From Methanosphaera stadtmanae DSM 3091 (GTDB taxonomy: Archaea; Methanobacteriota; Methanobacteria; Methanobacteriales; Methanobacteriaceae), in contig NC_007681.1 of assembly GCF_000012545.1 (NCBI RefSeq), positions 1,410,001-1,442,000 on the forward strand: DNA of 32,000 nt. Reading direction: 5' to 3'. The translations under genes were made by a program, and so were the position numbers. Of this stretch, positions 1 through 9,509 are shown in pieces (position 1 is the first letter of the stretch; each line of letters starts with the position of its first letter). The notes beneath the pieces are model-generated. The model saw nothing but the letters and a program-made list of their open reading frames with translations, made no database searches and had not been told where the DNA came from.

Positions 1-1
1 A

Positions 2-721
2 GTTATAGGTACCTATACTCTCGTATTTTTTGGTACTCTATCAGTAGTAGTAACATTATTAATAGCCCAAGGAGTAGAAACTACAAACATATTTAACATA
101 GGAATTGGAGCATTAGGTGGAGTGGGTGATTGGTTATCCATAGGTTTTGCATTTGCAATGCCACTAATAGCAGCAATATATGCTTTTGCTAGGATATCTG
201 GAGCCCATTTTAATCCTGCTGTAACTATTGGATTATGGTCTATAAAGAAATTTCCTACAAAGGATGTTATACCATACATAGTTTCACAAATAATAGGATC
301 ATTACTTGCTACTTTTACAATAGTAGCTATACTTGGTAAACAAGCATCAACTATAGGTGTTCTTGGATCTGTAGCACCTTTTGGTGATGTTACATTACTT
401 GGAGTGTTTATTGCTGAATTTTTAGGTACATTTCTATTAATGTATGCAATTATGGCTGTGGCAGTTGATAAAAATGCACAACCTGGATTTGCTGCATTGA
501 TAATTGGACTTGTAATTCTAGGAATCGTTGTTGCTATAGGTAATATAAGTGGATCTGGTATTAATCCAGCTCGTTCACTAACACCAATGATTGGAAATCT
601 TATAGTGGCAGGTACTCCTATAGACCTATTAGTTCTAGCTGTGTATATTATTGCCCCAATTTTAGGAGCAATATGTGGTGCTCAATTATATGAATACTTG
701 TATAAAGAGATTGGATATTAA
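2..721 (+). CDS. aqpM: MIP-family aquaporin (AqpM-like), 5' end cut by the window edge
   Basis: The frame is open from nt 2 (VIGTYTLVFFG...), so the GTG at 122 in the ORF track is internal. Two NPA boxes (SGAHFNPAVT, SGSGINPARS) and multiple hydrophobic helices. Stop TAA at 719-721. Confidence 0.9.
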   Translation, partial: VIGTYTLVFFGTLSVVVTLLIAQGVETTNIFNIGIGALGGVGDWLSIGFAFAMPLIAAIYAFARISGAHFNPAVTIGLWSIKKFPTKDVIPYIVSQIIGSLLATFTIVAILGKQASTIGVLGSVAPFGDVTLLGVFIAEFLGTFLLMYAIMAVAVDKNAQPGFAALIIGLVILGIVVAIGNISGSGINPARSLTPMIGNLIVAGTPIDLLVLAVYIIAPILGAICGAQLYEYLYKEIGY

Positions 722-733
722 AACTAAAAATAT

Positions 734-793
734 TATGAGTATTTGAGTTTTAAGAACTTATTTACTCATATCCCTCCTTTTAGCATTTTTTTT
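734..793 (+). terminator. Hairpin plus oligo-T downstream of aqpM
   Basis: TATGAGTA (734-741) pairs with TACTCATA (763-770). A T8 run follows at 786-793. Oligo-T tracts are the usual archaeal termination signal. Confidence 0.45.
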
Positions 794-1165
794 AACATGA
801 ATTAAAAATATTCTATTTTCATGAATAATAAGTTTACTTTATTTTAATTATAAAGTTTAAAAAGTCTTTTTTTATAAGGCAGGATATTATTTTAATGATG
901 TATTTTATTTAAAAACTTGTAGAAAAATTATTCTAATAAAAATATGAAACTAGTAATAATAAAATAAAAAAAGAAAAATTTTAAAAAGATTTAAATATTT
1001 GATTTTAAAGAAAATAAAAAGTATCTATTTTTAATAAAAAAGATGTTGATAATTTTACATATTACTATAAGATATTTATTATAACTATTTCTAATACATT
1101 CTTATTTTATTTAAACATTGAATAATAAATAAAGATATAAAATACCAAAAAATATACTATATACT

Positions 1166-1528
1166 ATGTATATAAGAAAATATGGTATTATGAATAAAAA
1201 TGAATCAATACTAAGATTACGTCTTTCAACAGTTGATTGCAACACTTCAACTAAATATTATCAATTAACAGCAGAAATTCCTGAAATTGAAAAATCAAAA
1301 ATTAAACCATACTTTGAGTATTATACACCAGAAAATTTTGATGATTTAAATAATGTAGCTGGTAAAACAAAAGGATGGATGTGTAAAAGTGAAGATGTTG
1401 AAAAAGTAGAAAAAATTCTGGGAATTATTGAAACACGTAAAAAACAAGAAAATACATTGGAATCTGTTCAAAGAAAAACTAATGAACAACATTTCACAGT
1501 GAATAATAATTTAAAAATAAATATTTAA
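1166..1528 (+). CDS. Hypothetical protein with no recognisable domain
   Basis: A 120-codon ORF is unlikely by chance at this AT content. No SD sequence; the start could be 1166 or the ATG at 1190. Convergent with tfs. I recognise no motifs. Confidence 0.4.
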   Translation: MYIRKYGIMNKNESILRLRLSTVDCNTSTKYYQLTAEIPEIEKSKIKPYFEYYTPENFDDLNNVAGKTKGWMCKSEDVEKVEKILGIIETRKKQENTLESVQRKTNEQHFTVNNNLKINI

Positions 1529-1579
1529 ATTTACAAATTTATTATAAAATAATACTCTTTTTCTTTACAATATTTTTTT

Positions 1580-1897
1580 TTAATTAGATCTCCTCCATGT
1601 ATTACCACATTTTGTACATCTATAAAATCTTGTTTCTGCCTCATCAGAACGGTGCATTTGAACCATCCACCATTCTAGTTCCCTATTACCACACCTATAA
1701 CATAAACCTCTCGTTGTAGGATGTGTATTTATTGAATCATCCGTTACTATAATATTTTGTTTATCTGAAACATCCTTATTAATAACATAATCCTGTTTCT
1801 CATCATCAGATAATTTTTTCTCATAGTTACATCCATAACAATGTAAAATACCCTTTTTTGGAAGTAACACCTTTCCACAATTAGGACAAAATTCCAT
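1580..1897 (-). CDS. tfs: Transcription factor S (TFS; RNA polymerase subunit M / TFIIS C-terminal homologue)
   Basis: Two Zn ribbons (CPNC..CYGC and CYRC..CTKC). C-terminal acidic hairpin QMHRSDEAETRFYRC matches the TFS/TFIIS motif QTRSADEPET with the DE pair retained. Confidence 0.9.
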   Translation of the reverse strand: MEFCPNCGKVLLPKKGILHCYGCNYEKKLSDDEKQDYVINKDVSDKQNIIVTDDSINTHPTTRGLCYRCGNRELEWWMVQMHRSDEAETRFYRCTKCGNTWRRSN

Positions 1898-2285
1898 ATT
1901 TTATCAATTCCCCAGTTATAAATCTATTTTAATATTATAACATATTTACTATTATCTTTTATTTTTAGATTATACTACAAAATATTATATAATACTATGA
2001 AGAAATATTGTATAGTATAAAGATTATATGATAATATAGTCTATTTTTATATTTTATTATATGAAAATTAAGGGATTAATACTCCAAAATTTAATGAATA
2101 TAATAATAAAAACTAATAATAATTAGTTATTTATATTTTAGGAGAATATTAATATTTAGAAACTCTTAGTTTCTTTGAATATATGTTTTTACTATTATTC
2201 TATTTTTATACTCCTTTAATATACAACATATTAAAAAACTAAAATTGGATGTGGCTTTTATAGCTGAACAATGAGGTGTTATATA

Positions 2286-2831
2286 ATGTATAAGTATATG
2301 AAAGAAGCATGGAAAAACCCAGATGAATCTTATGTGAAAGAACTCATGAGAGAAAGATTACCTAAATGGAGAAGACAACCTGTAATTATAAGAATTGACA
2401 AACCAACAAGAATCGACAGAGCACGTCGTTTAGGTTATAAAGCTAAAACAGGATATGTAGTCGCTAGAATTAGAGTAAGAAGAGGATCAAGAAGAAAATC
2501 CAGATTCAAAAACGGAAGAGATCCTAAAAGAATGGGTGTAAACAAAATTTCAGGAGAAAAATCCATTCAAAGAATGGCTGAAGAACGTGTTGCACGTAAA
2601 TATCCTAACTTAGAAGTATTAAACTCATACTGGGTATGGGAAGATGGTAAAGCAAAATACTACGAAGTAATCCTTGTAGATCCTCAATGTCCTTCAATCC
2701 AACATGATAACAAAATCAATTGGATTTGTAGTAAAAAACACACAAGACGTGCTTTCAGAGGTTTAACTTCTGCAGGTAAAAAAGGAAGAGGATTAAATAA
2801 AAAAGGTAAAGGTGCTGAAAAGGTTAGATAA
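2286..2831 (+). CDS. rpl15e: 50S ribosomal protein L15e
   Basis: [12 protein letters not shown]...LPKWRR...[12 protein letters not shown] is typical of L15e. GAGGTG lies 7 nt upstream of the ATG at 2286, so the track start at 2271 is rejected. Confidence 0.93.
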   Translation: MYKYMKEAWKNPDESYVKELMRERLPKWRRQPVIIRIDKPTRIDRARRLGYKAKTGYVVARIRVRRGSRRKSRFKNGRDPKRMGVNKISGEKSIQRMAEERVARKYPNLEVLNSYWVWEDGKAKYYEVILVDPQCPSIQHDNKINWICSKKHTRRAFRGLTSAGKKGRGLNKKGKGAEKVR

Positions 2832-3260
2832 ATGATCCATAATATTTCTTATAGAACATTTGTTTATGGAACAGAGGATGAAGAAAAGGTAACTGATGCT
2901 ATCAGTTATATTTTTCCCAACCTTTTACCTGAAAAAACCATTACTGAAGATCACTTTGGTAATGATATAATAATATTATCTGAGAAAATAACTAAAAAAC
3001 GACATAATCGAGATTTTATAAAGTTTTTTAATGAAAATTTATCTAATTCAGATAAAGAAATTATTAAAAACGAGTTAAGTCGTAGAATGGATGAAAAAGG
3101 AAACTTTTTCCTACGTTTTGACAAACAAGAAGCTTATAATAGAAATCTTAAGTTAACATACTCAGGTAATGCTATACATGCTAGAATAAAAATTGCTAGT
3201 TATCCAGTAAGTAAAGAGAATGCATTGAAAGTTGCTTATAAACTCTTTGACTTCTTATAA
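2832..3260 (+). CDS. DUF54/COG1325-type predicted RNA-binding protein (exosome-superoperon member)
   Basis: The ATG directly abuts the rpl15e stop (TAAATG). The N-terminal YRTFVYGTEDEEKV resembles this family. The position between rpl15e and rnp3 is as in other archaea. Confidence 0.6.
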   Translation: MIHNISYRTFVYGTEDEEKVTDAISYIFPNLLPEKTITEDHFGNDIIILSEKITKKRHNRDFIKFFNENLSNSDKEIIKNELSRRMDEKGNFFLRFDKQEAYNRNLKLTYSGNAIHARIKIASYPVSKENALKVAYKLFDFL

Positions 3261-3320
3261 CTATAATATTTTTTTTAAAAAAAATAAAACCCTACTAATA
3301 AAATTTACAGGATTAATTAT

Positions 3321-4013
3321 ATGACTATTTTTTATGATTTAAATGTTGCACCAGAAATAGAAGTTATTGAACAATTAGAAGAATTTGGATTTAATGGAGC
3401 TTGTATATTTTATGATTCAAATGAATATGATATGAGTATTAAAGAATCTTTTGATAAATTAAATGAAGATACACATATGACTTTATATCATGGTGTTTGT
3501 ATTGATGAAACTAATCCTAAATTACTACGCAATACTGTTCAACGTTTTTATAAAAAAGTAGATTTAATTATGGCAAATGGTGGTGATTCTAAAATTAATC
3601 GTGCTATTTGTGAAATGCCCCAAATTGATATTATTAATCATCCATACTTAAATAATCGTAATAGTGGTATTAATCATGTACTTGCTAAGTTATTAGTTAA
3701 AAACAATATTAGTGTCAATATAAATCTAATGGATATATTGAAAAATAGAGGTTATTATAAGGCAAGAATTCTTAATCAAATCAATCAATTATTATTATTA
3801 GAAAATAAATATAATTTTCGTGTTGTTATAAGTAGCGGTAGTGAGTGTTTTTACGATGTTAGATCTCCTAAAAGTATGATTTTATTAAATCAAACAATGA
3901 ATATGGATTTAAAACATGCCAAAAATACTATTTCAAAAAATCCTCTTGAAATAATTAAAAATATAACAAAACATAAAAATAGTATTATTGATGGAGTTCA
4001 AATTATTGAATAA
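3321..4013 (+). CDS. rnp3: RNase P protein component 3 (Rpp30 homologue)
   Basis: Size about 230 aa, N-terminal FYDLNV, TIM-barrel-like pattern. Conserved position immediately upstream of the Pop5 homologue. Confidence 0.78.
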   Translation: MTIFYDLNVAPEIEVIEQLEEFGFNGACIFYDSNEYDMSIKESFDKLNEDTHMTLYHGVCIDETNPKLLRNTVQRFYKKVDLIMANGGDSKINRAICEMPQIDIINHPYLNNRNSGINHVLAKLLVKNNISVNINLMDILKNRGYYKARILNQINQLLLLENKYNFRVVISSGSECFYDVRSPKSMILLNQTMNMDLKHAKNTISKNPLEIIKNITKHKNSIIDGVQIIE

Positions 4014-4041
4014 TAAATAAATTATACAGTATGATGTTATT

Positions 4042-4407
4042 ATGACTAAATTAAAAATTTTACCACCTACATTAAGAGAAAAAAAAAGATACATAGCCTT
4101 TAATTTATATAGTGAAACTAAAATTAAAAGAGATGAAATTATCACATTTCTCTGGAATAACCTAATAAACATATATGGTGAAATAGAGTCAAGTAAAATA
4201 AATTTATGGCTTATAAATGTAAAACAAGTTGAAAATCCCAACAGATTTCAGTATAAATGTATTATAAAATGTAGACGTGGATATGAAAATAAGATGATTA
4301 CTGCCCTTAATTCAATAGTTAGATATAAAAAAAATAGAGTTGTAATCCATACATTAGCAACCTCTGGTACTATTAAATCATTAGATAATAAATTTAACCT
4401 CCTCTAA
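4042..4407 (+). CDS. rnp2: RNase P protein component 2 (Pop5 homologue)
   Basis: N-terminal LPPTLREKKRYIAF is the characteristic Pop5 motif. 121 aa, adjacent to rnp3. Confidence 0.8.
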   Translation: MTKLKILPPTLREKKRYIAFNLYSETKIKRDEIITFLWNNLINIYGEIESSKINLWLINVKQVENPNRFQYKCIIKCRRGYENKMITALNSIVRYKKNRVVIHTLATSGTIKSLDNKFNLL

Positions 4408-4424
4408 TTATAAAATATTTTAAC

Positions 4425-4432
4425 TTTTTTTT
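4425..4432 (+). terminator. Oligo-T (T8) tract after rnp2
   Basis: A T8 run 18 nt after the TAA stop at 4405-4407. Confidence 0.4.
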
Positions 4433-4606
4433 ATAGAAAAAATAATTTACTTCCCAAAAAAATCTATTTTACTAAGAATATAAAAACAAAAAGAATCATA
4501 AATATATAATAATAAGTACTTTTTTACAATGATTTAATATTTAAAAAAAAAGTTTTAATTTTGAAATTTAAAGAGTTACTAAAAAAAAATTAATTAACTG
4601 ATTATT

Positions 4607-5962
4607 ATGGCAATACATCCAATAGAATTTAGATATGGTACTCCAGAAATGAAGGCTATATGGGAACAAGAATCAAAATTACAGAATATGTTAAAAGTTG
4701 AAGCCGCACTTGCAAAAGCAGAAGCTGAAATAGGCTTAATTCCAAAAGATGCTGCAGATGAAATAAATAAAAAAGCTACAACTGAATATGTTAAACAAGA
4801 ACGTGTAGATGAAATTGAACAAGCTACACACCATGATATTGCAGCATTAATGAAAGCATTAGAAGAAGTATGTGAAAATGATGCTGGAGAATATGTTCAC
4901 TATGGAGCAACAAGTAATGATATTATTGATTCAAGTCAATCAATACAACTTAAGGATTCAATTATAATTATAAGAGAAAAAGTTGTAAAACTCATTGAAT
5001 TATTAATTGATTTAGCTCAAGAACATAAAAATACTGTAACAATTGGAAGAACACATGGACAACATGCACTTCCTACAACATATGGTATGAAATTTGCTAT
5101 ATACATAGATGAACTTACCCGTCAATTAGATAGATTAGATTTAACAAAAGAACATTTATGTGTTGGTATGATGACTGGAGCAGTTGGTACAACAGCTGCT
5201 CTTGGTGATGTAGGTTATGATATTCATATGAGAGTATCTGAAATATTAGGACTTAATCCTGTACATATTTCAAACCAAGTAGTTCAAAGGGATAATCATG
5301 CAGAATATGTTATGACTCTTGCAAATATATGTAGTACACTTGAAAAAATGGCATTAGAAGTTCGTAACTTACAAAGAACTGAAATAATGGAAGTTGGTGA
5401 AAAATTCGATCCTAAAAAACAGGTAGGTAGTAGTACAATGCCACATAAAAGAAATCCCATAACTGGTGAAAGAATATGTGGTGTATCTAGAGTTGTAAGA
5501 TCATATGTAAATGCAGCACTACAAAACAACCCATTATGGCATGAAAGAGACTTAACTAACTCCTCTTGTGAACGTATCATATTACCAGAATCAGCTATAT
5601 TAACAGATTATATATTAAATCTTTCATTAAAATTATTTGGTAAACTTGAATTCCATGAAGAAAATATTGAACGTAACTTAAACTTAAGTAATGGATTGGT
5701 AATGGCTGAAAGATTCATGTCAAAATTAACACAAAAAGGTATGGGAAGACAAAGTGCATACAGCCTTGTAAGATCATGTGCAATGGAAGCTTATGCTCAA
5801 GATACTGGACTTAAAGACATATTATCAAAACAAGAAGAAATTCTTGAACATTTAACAATGGAAGAAATTGAAGAAACAATGGATCCTCATACATACCTTG
5901 GAAGCAGTGCTAAATTTGTTGATAATGTAATTAAATATGCAAAAAAAGCTATAAAAGAATAA
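4607..5962 (+). CDS. purB: Adenylosuccinate lyase
   Basis: Fumarate-lyase superfamily signature GSSTMPHKRNP. N-terminal IEFRYGTPEM and HYGATSNDI are typical of PurB. 451 aa. Confidence 0.95.
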   Translation: MAIHPIEFRYGTPEMKAIWEQESKLQNMLKVEAALAKAEAEIGLIPKDAADEINKKATTEYVKQERVDEIEQATHHDIAALMKALEEVCENDAGEYVHYGATSNDIIDSSQSIQLKDSIIIIREKVVKLIELLIDLAQEHKNTVTIGRTHGQHALPTTYGMKFAIYIDELTRQLDRLDLTKEHLCVGMMTGAVGTTAALGDVGYDIHMRVSEILGLNPVHISNQVVQRDNHAEYVMTLANICSTLEKMALEVRNLQRTEIMEVGEKFDPKKQVGSSTMPHKRNPITGERICGVSRVVRSYVNAALQNNPLWHERDLTNSSCERIILPESAILTDYILNLSLKLFGKLEFHEENIERNLNLSNGLVMAERFMSKLTQKGMGRQSAYSLVRSCAMEAYAQDTGLKDILSKQEEILEHLTMEEIEETMDPHTYLGSSAKFVDNVIKYAKKAIKE

Positions 5963-5983
5963 TGAAAAAATAATTTCTTATTC

Positions 5984-5992
5984 TTTTTTTTT
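5984..5992 (+). terminator. Oligo-T (T9) tract after purB
   Basis: A T9 run about 20 nt after the TAA stop. Further T7 and T6 runs follow within 90 nt. Confidence 0.4.
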
Positions 5993-6314
5993 AAATTATA
6001 TGACTTATCAAAGTATAATTTTCTTTTTTTAGAATTTAAAAATGTTTTCTTTTTTAAATTAATATTTTACTATCATTTAATCTAGGATTTAACTTCTTAA
6101 TCTAGGAATATTCTAACACTCTATGTTAAGAAGTAATTCAATGAAAAACTAAATCATAGAAAATGTTATTATAACAAAAATATACTGAAAATATATTAAT
6201 AACAAATAGTAATAATAAGTAATTGTATACATAAATAATATATTAATAGAAAAAAGAATTTTTAAAATAAATCATAATGCTAAAATAATTAAAATAAAAA
6301 AGAGGTAGATATAT

Positions 6315-7178
6315 ATGCGACAATTTTCAGAAGCAGGTTATGACAGAGCATTAACAGTATTCAGTCCAGATGGACGTTTATTCCAAATTGAATATGCACG
6401 AGAAGCAGTGAAAAGAGGAACTACATCTGTTGGAATTATTTCAAAAGAAGGAGTAGTTTTTGCTGTTGATAAAAAAATTAAAAGCAAACTAATTGTTCCA
6501 TCATCAATTGAAAAAATATTCAAAATAGATGATCATATTGCTACTGCTTCAAGTGGACTTGTAGCTGATGCTAGAAGATTAATTGATATTGCTAGAAATC
6601 AAGCACAAGTAAATAAATTACAGTACCATGAACCAATCACTGTTACAGGATTAGCAAAATATCTTGGTGACTTAGAACAAATGTACACCCAAAGTGGAGG
6701 TGTAAGACCATTTGGTATTTCCTTAATCATTGGTGGTGTATCTGATGGAGAATGTAGAATCTATGAAACTGATCCAAGTGGTGCATTAGTTGAATATAAA
6801 GCTACAGCAATAGGTCTTGGAAGAGATAAAACCTTAAATTTATTTGAAGATAAGTATGAAGACGATCTTACATTAGATGAAGCTATTGACTTAGCAATTG
6901 AAGGTATTTATGTTGCAACAGATGGTAAAGTTGCTGATGATAGTATAGAAATATCAGTAATTGAGAAGGAAAATGCAAAATACCGTAAATTCAATGAGGA
7001 TGAAATTGAAAAATACGTTCAAAAACTCCTTGACCGTAAAGAACAAGAACAAAAAGACGCTGAAGAAAAAAGAAAAGCTGAAGAAGAAGCTAAAAAAGCT
7101 GAAGAAGAAGCTAAAAAAGCTGAAGAAGAAGCTAAAGAATCCTCTGATGATGAAAATGAAGATATTAATGAAGAATAA
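6315..7178 (+). CDS. psmA: Proteasome alpha subunit with an extended acidic C-terminal repeat tail
   Basis: YDRALTVFSPDGRLFQIEYAREAV is the alpha-subunit signature. GAGGT lies upstream of the ATG. The C-terminus carries 3x KAEEEAK followed by SSDDENEDINEE. Confidence 0.95.
   Translation: MRQFSEAGYDRALTVFSPDGRLFQIEYAREAVKRGTTSVGIISKEGVVFAVDKKIKSKLIVPSSIEKIFKIDDHIATASSGLVADARRLIDIARNQAQVNKLQYHEPITVTGLAKYLGDLEQMYTQSGGVRPFGISLIIGGVSDGECRIYETDPSGALVEYKATAIGLGRDKTLNLFEDKYEDDLTLDEAIDLAIEGIYVATDGKVADDSIEISVIEKENAKYRKFNEDEIEKYVQKLLDRKEQEQKDAEEKRKAEEEAKKAEEEAKKAEEEAKESSDDENEDINEE
7077..7139 (+). repeat. 21-bp tandem repeat x3 inside the psmA 3' end
   Basis: GCTGAAGAAGAAGCTAAAAAA occurs at 7077, 7098 and 7119. 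The third copy has one substitution. It encodes AEEEAKK heptads. Confidence 0.95.
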
Positions 7179-7189
7179 TATCTTCACAC

Positions 7190-7197
7190 TTTTTTTT
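7190..7197 (+). terminator. Oligo-T (T8) tract after psmA
   Basis: A T8 run 12 nt after the TAA stop at 7176-7178. Confidence 0.4.
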
Positions 7198-7422
7198 ATA
7201 AGAAAAAAAAATATTTTACCACCTGAAAATCACTTGTTTTAATAAAAAATTAAACAATACTTTTTTTTTAACTAAAAAAATAAAAGTTCTAAAGATACTT
7301 ATTTTAATACCTACTTATTATTAAATAAGATAAAATATAATAATATATAACGAATAAGGAAATAAATTTTTATAAATTAAAAAAATAACAAAATCCAATA
7401 ATTAAAATAAATAGGTGAAACT

Positions 7423-8118
7423 ATGGTTAATGTTGATGATGCAGTAATCGCACGTTTAGAAAGATATGGTGAAAGATTTGAAATATTAGTAGATGCTGAA
7501 CTTGCTGCAGATTATAAAAGAGGAGAAGACATTGATATCTCCAAAGTAATAGCTGTTGAAGAAGTATTTAAAGATGCACATAAAGCAGACAAAGCCTCAG
7601 AAGAAGCTATGGAAAAAGCATTCGAAACTACAGATGCATTAGAAGTAGCTGATAAAATCATACATAAAGGCCAAATACAAATTACAGCAAATCAAAAACG
7701 TAAAATGCAAGAAGAAAAAACTAAACAAGTTATTAACCAAATAGCTCGTGAAGCAATAAATCCACAAACAAAACTTCCCCATCCACCAAAACGTATAGCA
7801 AAAGCTATGGAAGAAGCAAAAGTACATATTGATCCAATGAAAACTGTAGAAGAACAAATTGCACCTACTGTAAAAGCAATTTTAACAAAAATACCAATAA
7901 GAATAGAAAAAGTACAAGTTGCAGTTAAAATTCCTGGAACATATGCTGGAAAAGGATATTCTACAATAACCCAATATGGTAAATTAATTAAAGAAGAATG
8001 GGAAAATGATGGAAGTTGGATTGGTATTGTAGAAATCCCTGGAGGACTACAAGATGAATTTTACACAGCACTAAGTGGTCTAACACATGGAGAGGTTGAA
8101 ACCAAATTAATTAAATAG
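7423..8118 (+). CDS. sdo1: SBDS-family ribosome maturation protein (Sdo1 homologue)
   Basis: N-terminal [18 protein letters not shown] and a three-domain length of 231 aa. GGTGA SD sequence 5 nt upstream. Conserved position upstream of rrp4. Confidence 0.85.
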   Translation: MVNVDDAVIARLERYGERFEILVDAELAADYKRGEDIDISKVIAVEEVFKDAHKADKASEEAMEKAFETTDALEVADKIIHKGQIQITANQKRKMQEEKTKQVINQIAREAINPQTKLPHPPKRIAKAMEEAKVHIDPMKTVEEQIAPTVKAILTKIPIRIEKVQVAVKIPGTYAGKGYSTITQYGKLIKEEWENDGSWIGIVEIPGGLQDEFYTALSGLTHGEVETKLIK

Positions 8119-8132
8119 ATTGAAGTGTATCT

Positions 8133-8801
8133 ATGATATTTGTAGAAAATAAAGAAATAGTACTACCAGGTAGTTTATTAACAGACAATAATTATAAACT
8201 AGGTAGAGGTACTTATAAAGAAAATGGAAAGATATATTCCAGTATAACTGGATTAGTATACTTTGAAAGTGAACAAATAAAAGTAATTCCACTAAAAGAT
8301 ACATACAGTCCAAATTATGGTGATTTAGTTATTGGACGAGTAACTGGTTCATCATATTCTTCATGGTCTATTGATATTAACAGCACATATCATGGTTTTC
8401 TACCAACAACAGAATTATATGATAAAAATGAGCCCAATATTAACAACATAATCAATATTAAAGATATGTTACTTCTTAGAGTAGCCAATGTTGATGAAAT
8501 AAATAGAGTGAAGTTAACTCTAAGATCTAGAGGTCTTGGTAAATTCAATCAAGGAACAATTATAAAAGTTAAACAACCAACAATACATTTTTTAAGTGAA
8601 GAAAATGCATTTTTAACAACTATGATACAAGAATATACATATACTGATGTAATTATTGGAAAAAATGGACTTATATGGATAAATGGATTGAAAGAAAATA
8701 TTGAACGTATCATAGAAATAATAGAGCTTATTGAAAAAGAAGAACCACTAAAACATAACCTTATCAAACATATTCAAAGTATGATATTAAATCCAAAATA
8801 G
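8133..8801 (+). CDS. rrp4: Exosome complex RNA-binding subunit Rrp4 (N-terminal, S1 and KH domains)
   Basis: S1-like GDLVIGRVTG...W.IDI and KH-like IIGKNGLIWI. Precedes rrp41 and rrp42. Confidence 0.88.
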   Translation: MIFVENKEIVLPGSLLTDNNYKLGRGTYKENGKIYSSITGLVYFESEQIKVIPLKDTYSPNYGDLVIGRVTGSSYSSWSIDINSTYHGFLPTTELYDKNEPNINNIINIKDMLLLRVANVDEINRVKLTLRSRGLGKFNQGTIIKVKQPTIHFLSEENAFLTTMIQEYTYTDVIIGKNGLIWINGLKENIERIIEIIELIEKEEPLKHNLIKHIQSMILNPK

Positions 8802-8810
8802 AGGGATATA

Positions 8811-9509
8811 GTGACTAATGAATTTATAAGAAAAGATGGAAGAGCATATAATACTCTTAGAAACATGAAAATGGAAGTAGGAGTTCTTAACAATGCTGAT
8901 GGTTCTGCATACATTGAATGTGGAAATAATAAAATATTAGTTGGAGTATATGGACCTAGAGAAATACATTCTAAAAAACATTCAAAACCTGATGGTGCAG
9001 TATTAAGATGTAAATATAATATGGCACCATTTTCTGTAAAAGAACGAAAAAGACCTGGACCAAATAGACGATCCACTGAAATTTCAAAGTTAATATCTGA
9101 AGCTATAACACCAAATATCTTCCTTGAGAAATACCCAAGGGCATCAATTGACATATCTATTGAAGTACTTGAAGCTGAAGGTGGAACAAGATGTCTTGGA
9201 ATTGTAGGTGCTAGTCTTGCATTAGCAGATGCTGAAATTCCTATGAAAGATCTTATTAGTGCATGTGCTGTTGGTAAAGTAGATGACCATATAGTTCTTG
9301 ACTTATCAGAACAAGAAGATCAAACTGGACAAGCAGACATGCCACTTGCAATCATTCCCAGAACTGGAGAAATTACTTTTCTTCAAATGGATGGTAACTT
9401 AACACAGGAAGAATTTGAAGAAGCATTAGATTTAGCTTATGATGGATGTTATTATATAAATCAACTACAAAAAGAAGCTTTACTTAGTAAATATGGGGGT
9501 AGTTATTAA
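8811..9509 (+). CDS. rrp41: Exosome complex exonuclease Rrp41 (RNase PH domain)
   Basis: [30 protein letters not shown] is an RNase PH fold signature. GTG start with GAGGG upstream. The stop overlaps the rrp42 start (TAATG). Confidence 0.9.
   Translation: MTNEFIRKDGRAYNTLRNMKMEVGVLNNADGSAYIECGNNKILVGVYGPREIHSKKHSKPDGAVLRCKYNMAPFSVKERKRPGPNRRSTEISKLISEAITPNIFLEKYPRASIDISIEVLEAEGGTRCLGIVGASLALADAEIPMKDLISACAVGKVDDHIVLDLSEQEDQTGQADMPLAIIPRTGEITFLQMDGNLTQEEFEEALDLAYDGCYYINQLQKEALLSKYGGSY

Noticed and set aside
122-721. GTG 122 as the aqpM start
   Set aside because: The same frame is open back to nt 2 and encodes a hydrophobic helix typical of the first aquaporin transmembrane helix. The gene is truncated by the window edge, not started at 122.
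771-778. GGAGGGA on the minus strand as a possible ribosome-binding site
   Set aside because: The downstream ATG opens only a 3-codon frame (M S K stop). The motif is part of the aqpM terminator region.
722-1165. Search for small RNAs (C/D-box, tRNA-like, GC-rich islands) in this and the other long intergenic regions (1898-2270, 5963-6314, 7190-7422, 16624-16879, 19592-19887, 23370-23662, 24824-25284, 26925-27161)
   Set aside because: There are no GC-rich islands and no RUGAUGA...CUGA pairs at C/D-box spacing. Only AT-rich sequence and short ORFs of at most 21 codons without SD sequences were seen. A covariance-model scan would be needed to exclude structured RNAs formally.
3933-4241. 102-aa minus-strand ORF spanning the rnp3/rnp2 junction
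   Set aside because: It is antisense to two well-supported RNase P subunit genes, and its product is Phe/Ile/Leu-rich sequence typical of AT-rich shadow frames.
7077-7139. Tandem 21-bp repeats considered as a possible CRISPR or minisatellite
   Set aside because: There are no spacers, the copies are contiguous, in frame and inside psmA. It is a coding heptad repeat, not a CRISPR array.
6954-7242. ORFs 6954-7187 (-) 'FFFSFFSFF...' and 6961-7242 (+) 'KKLKKLKKK...'
   Set aside because: They are alternative-frame and antisense readings of the psmA GAA/AAA-rich 21-bp tandem repeat. Their periodic low complexity derives from the repeat, and they have no independent start signals.
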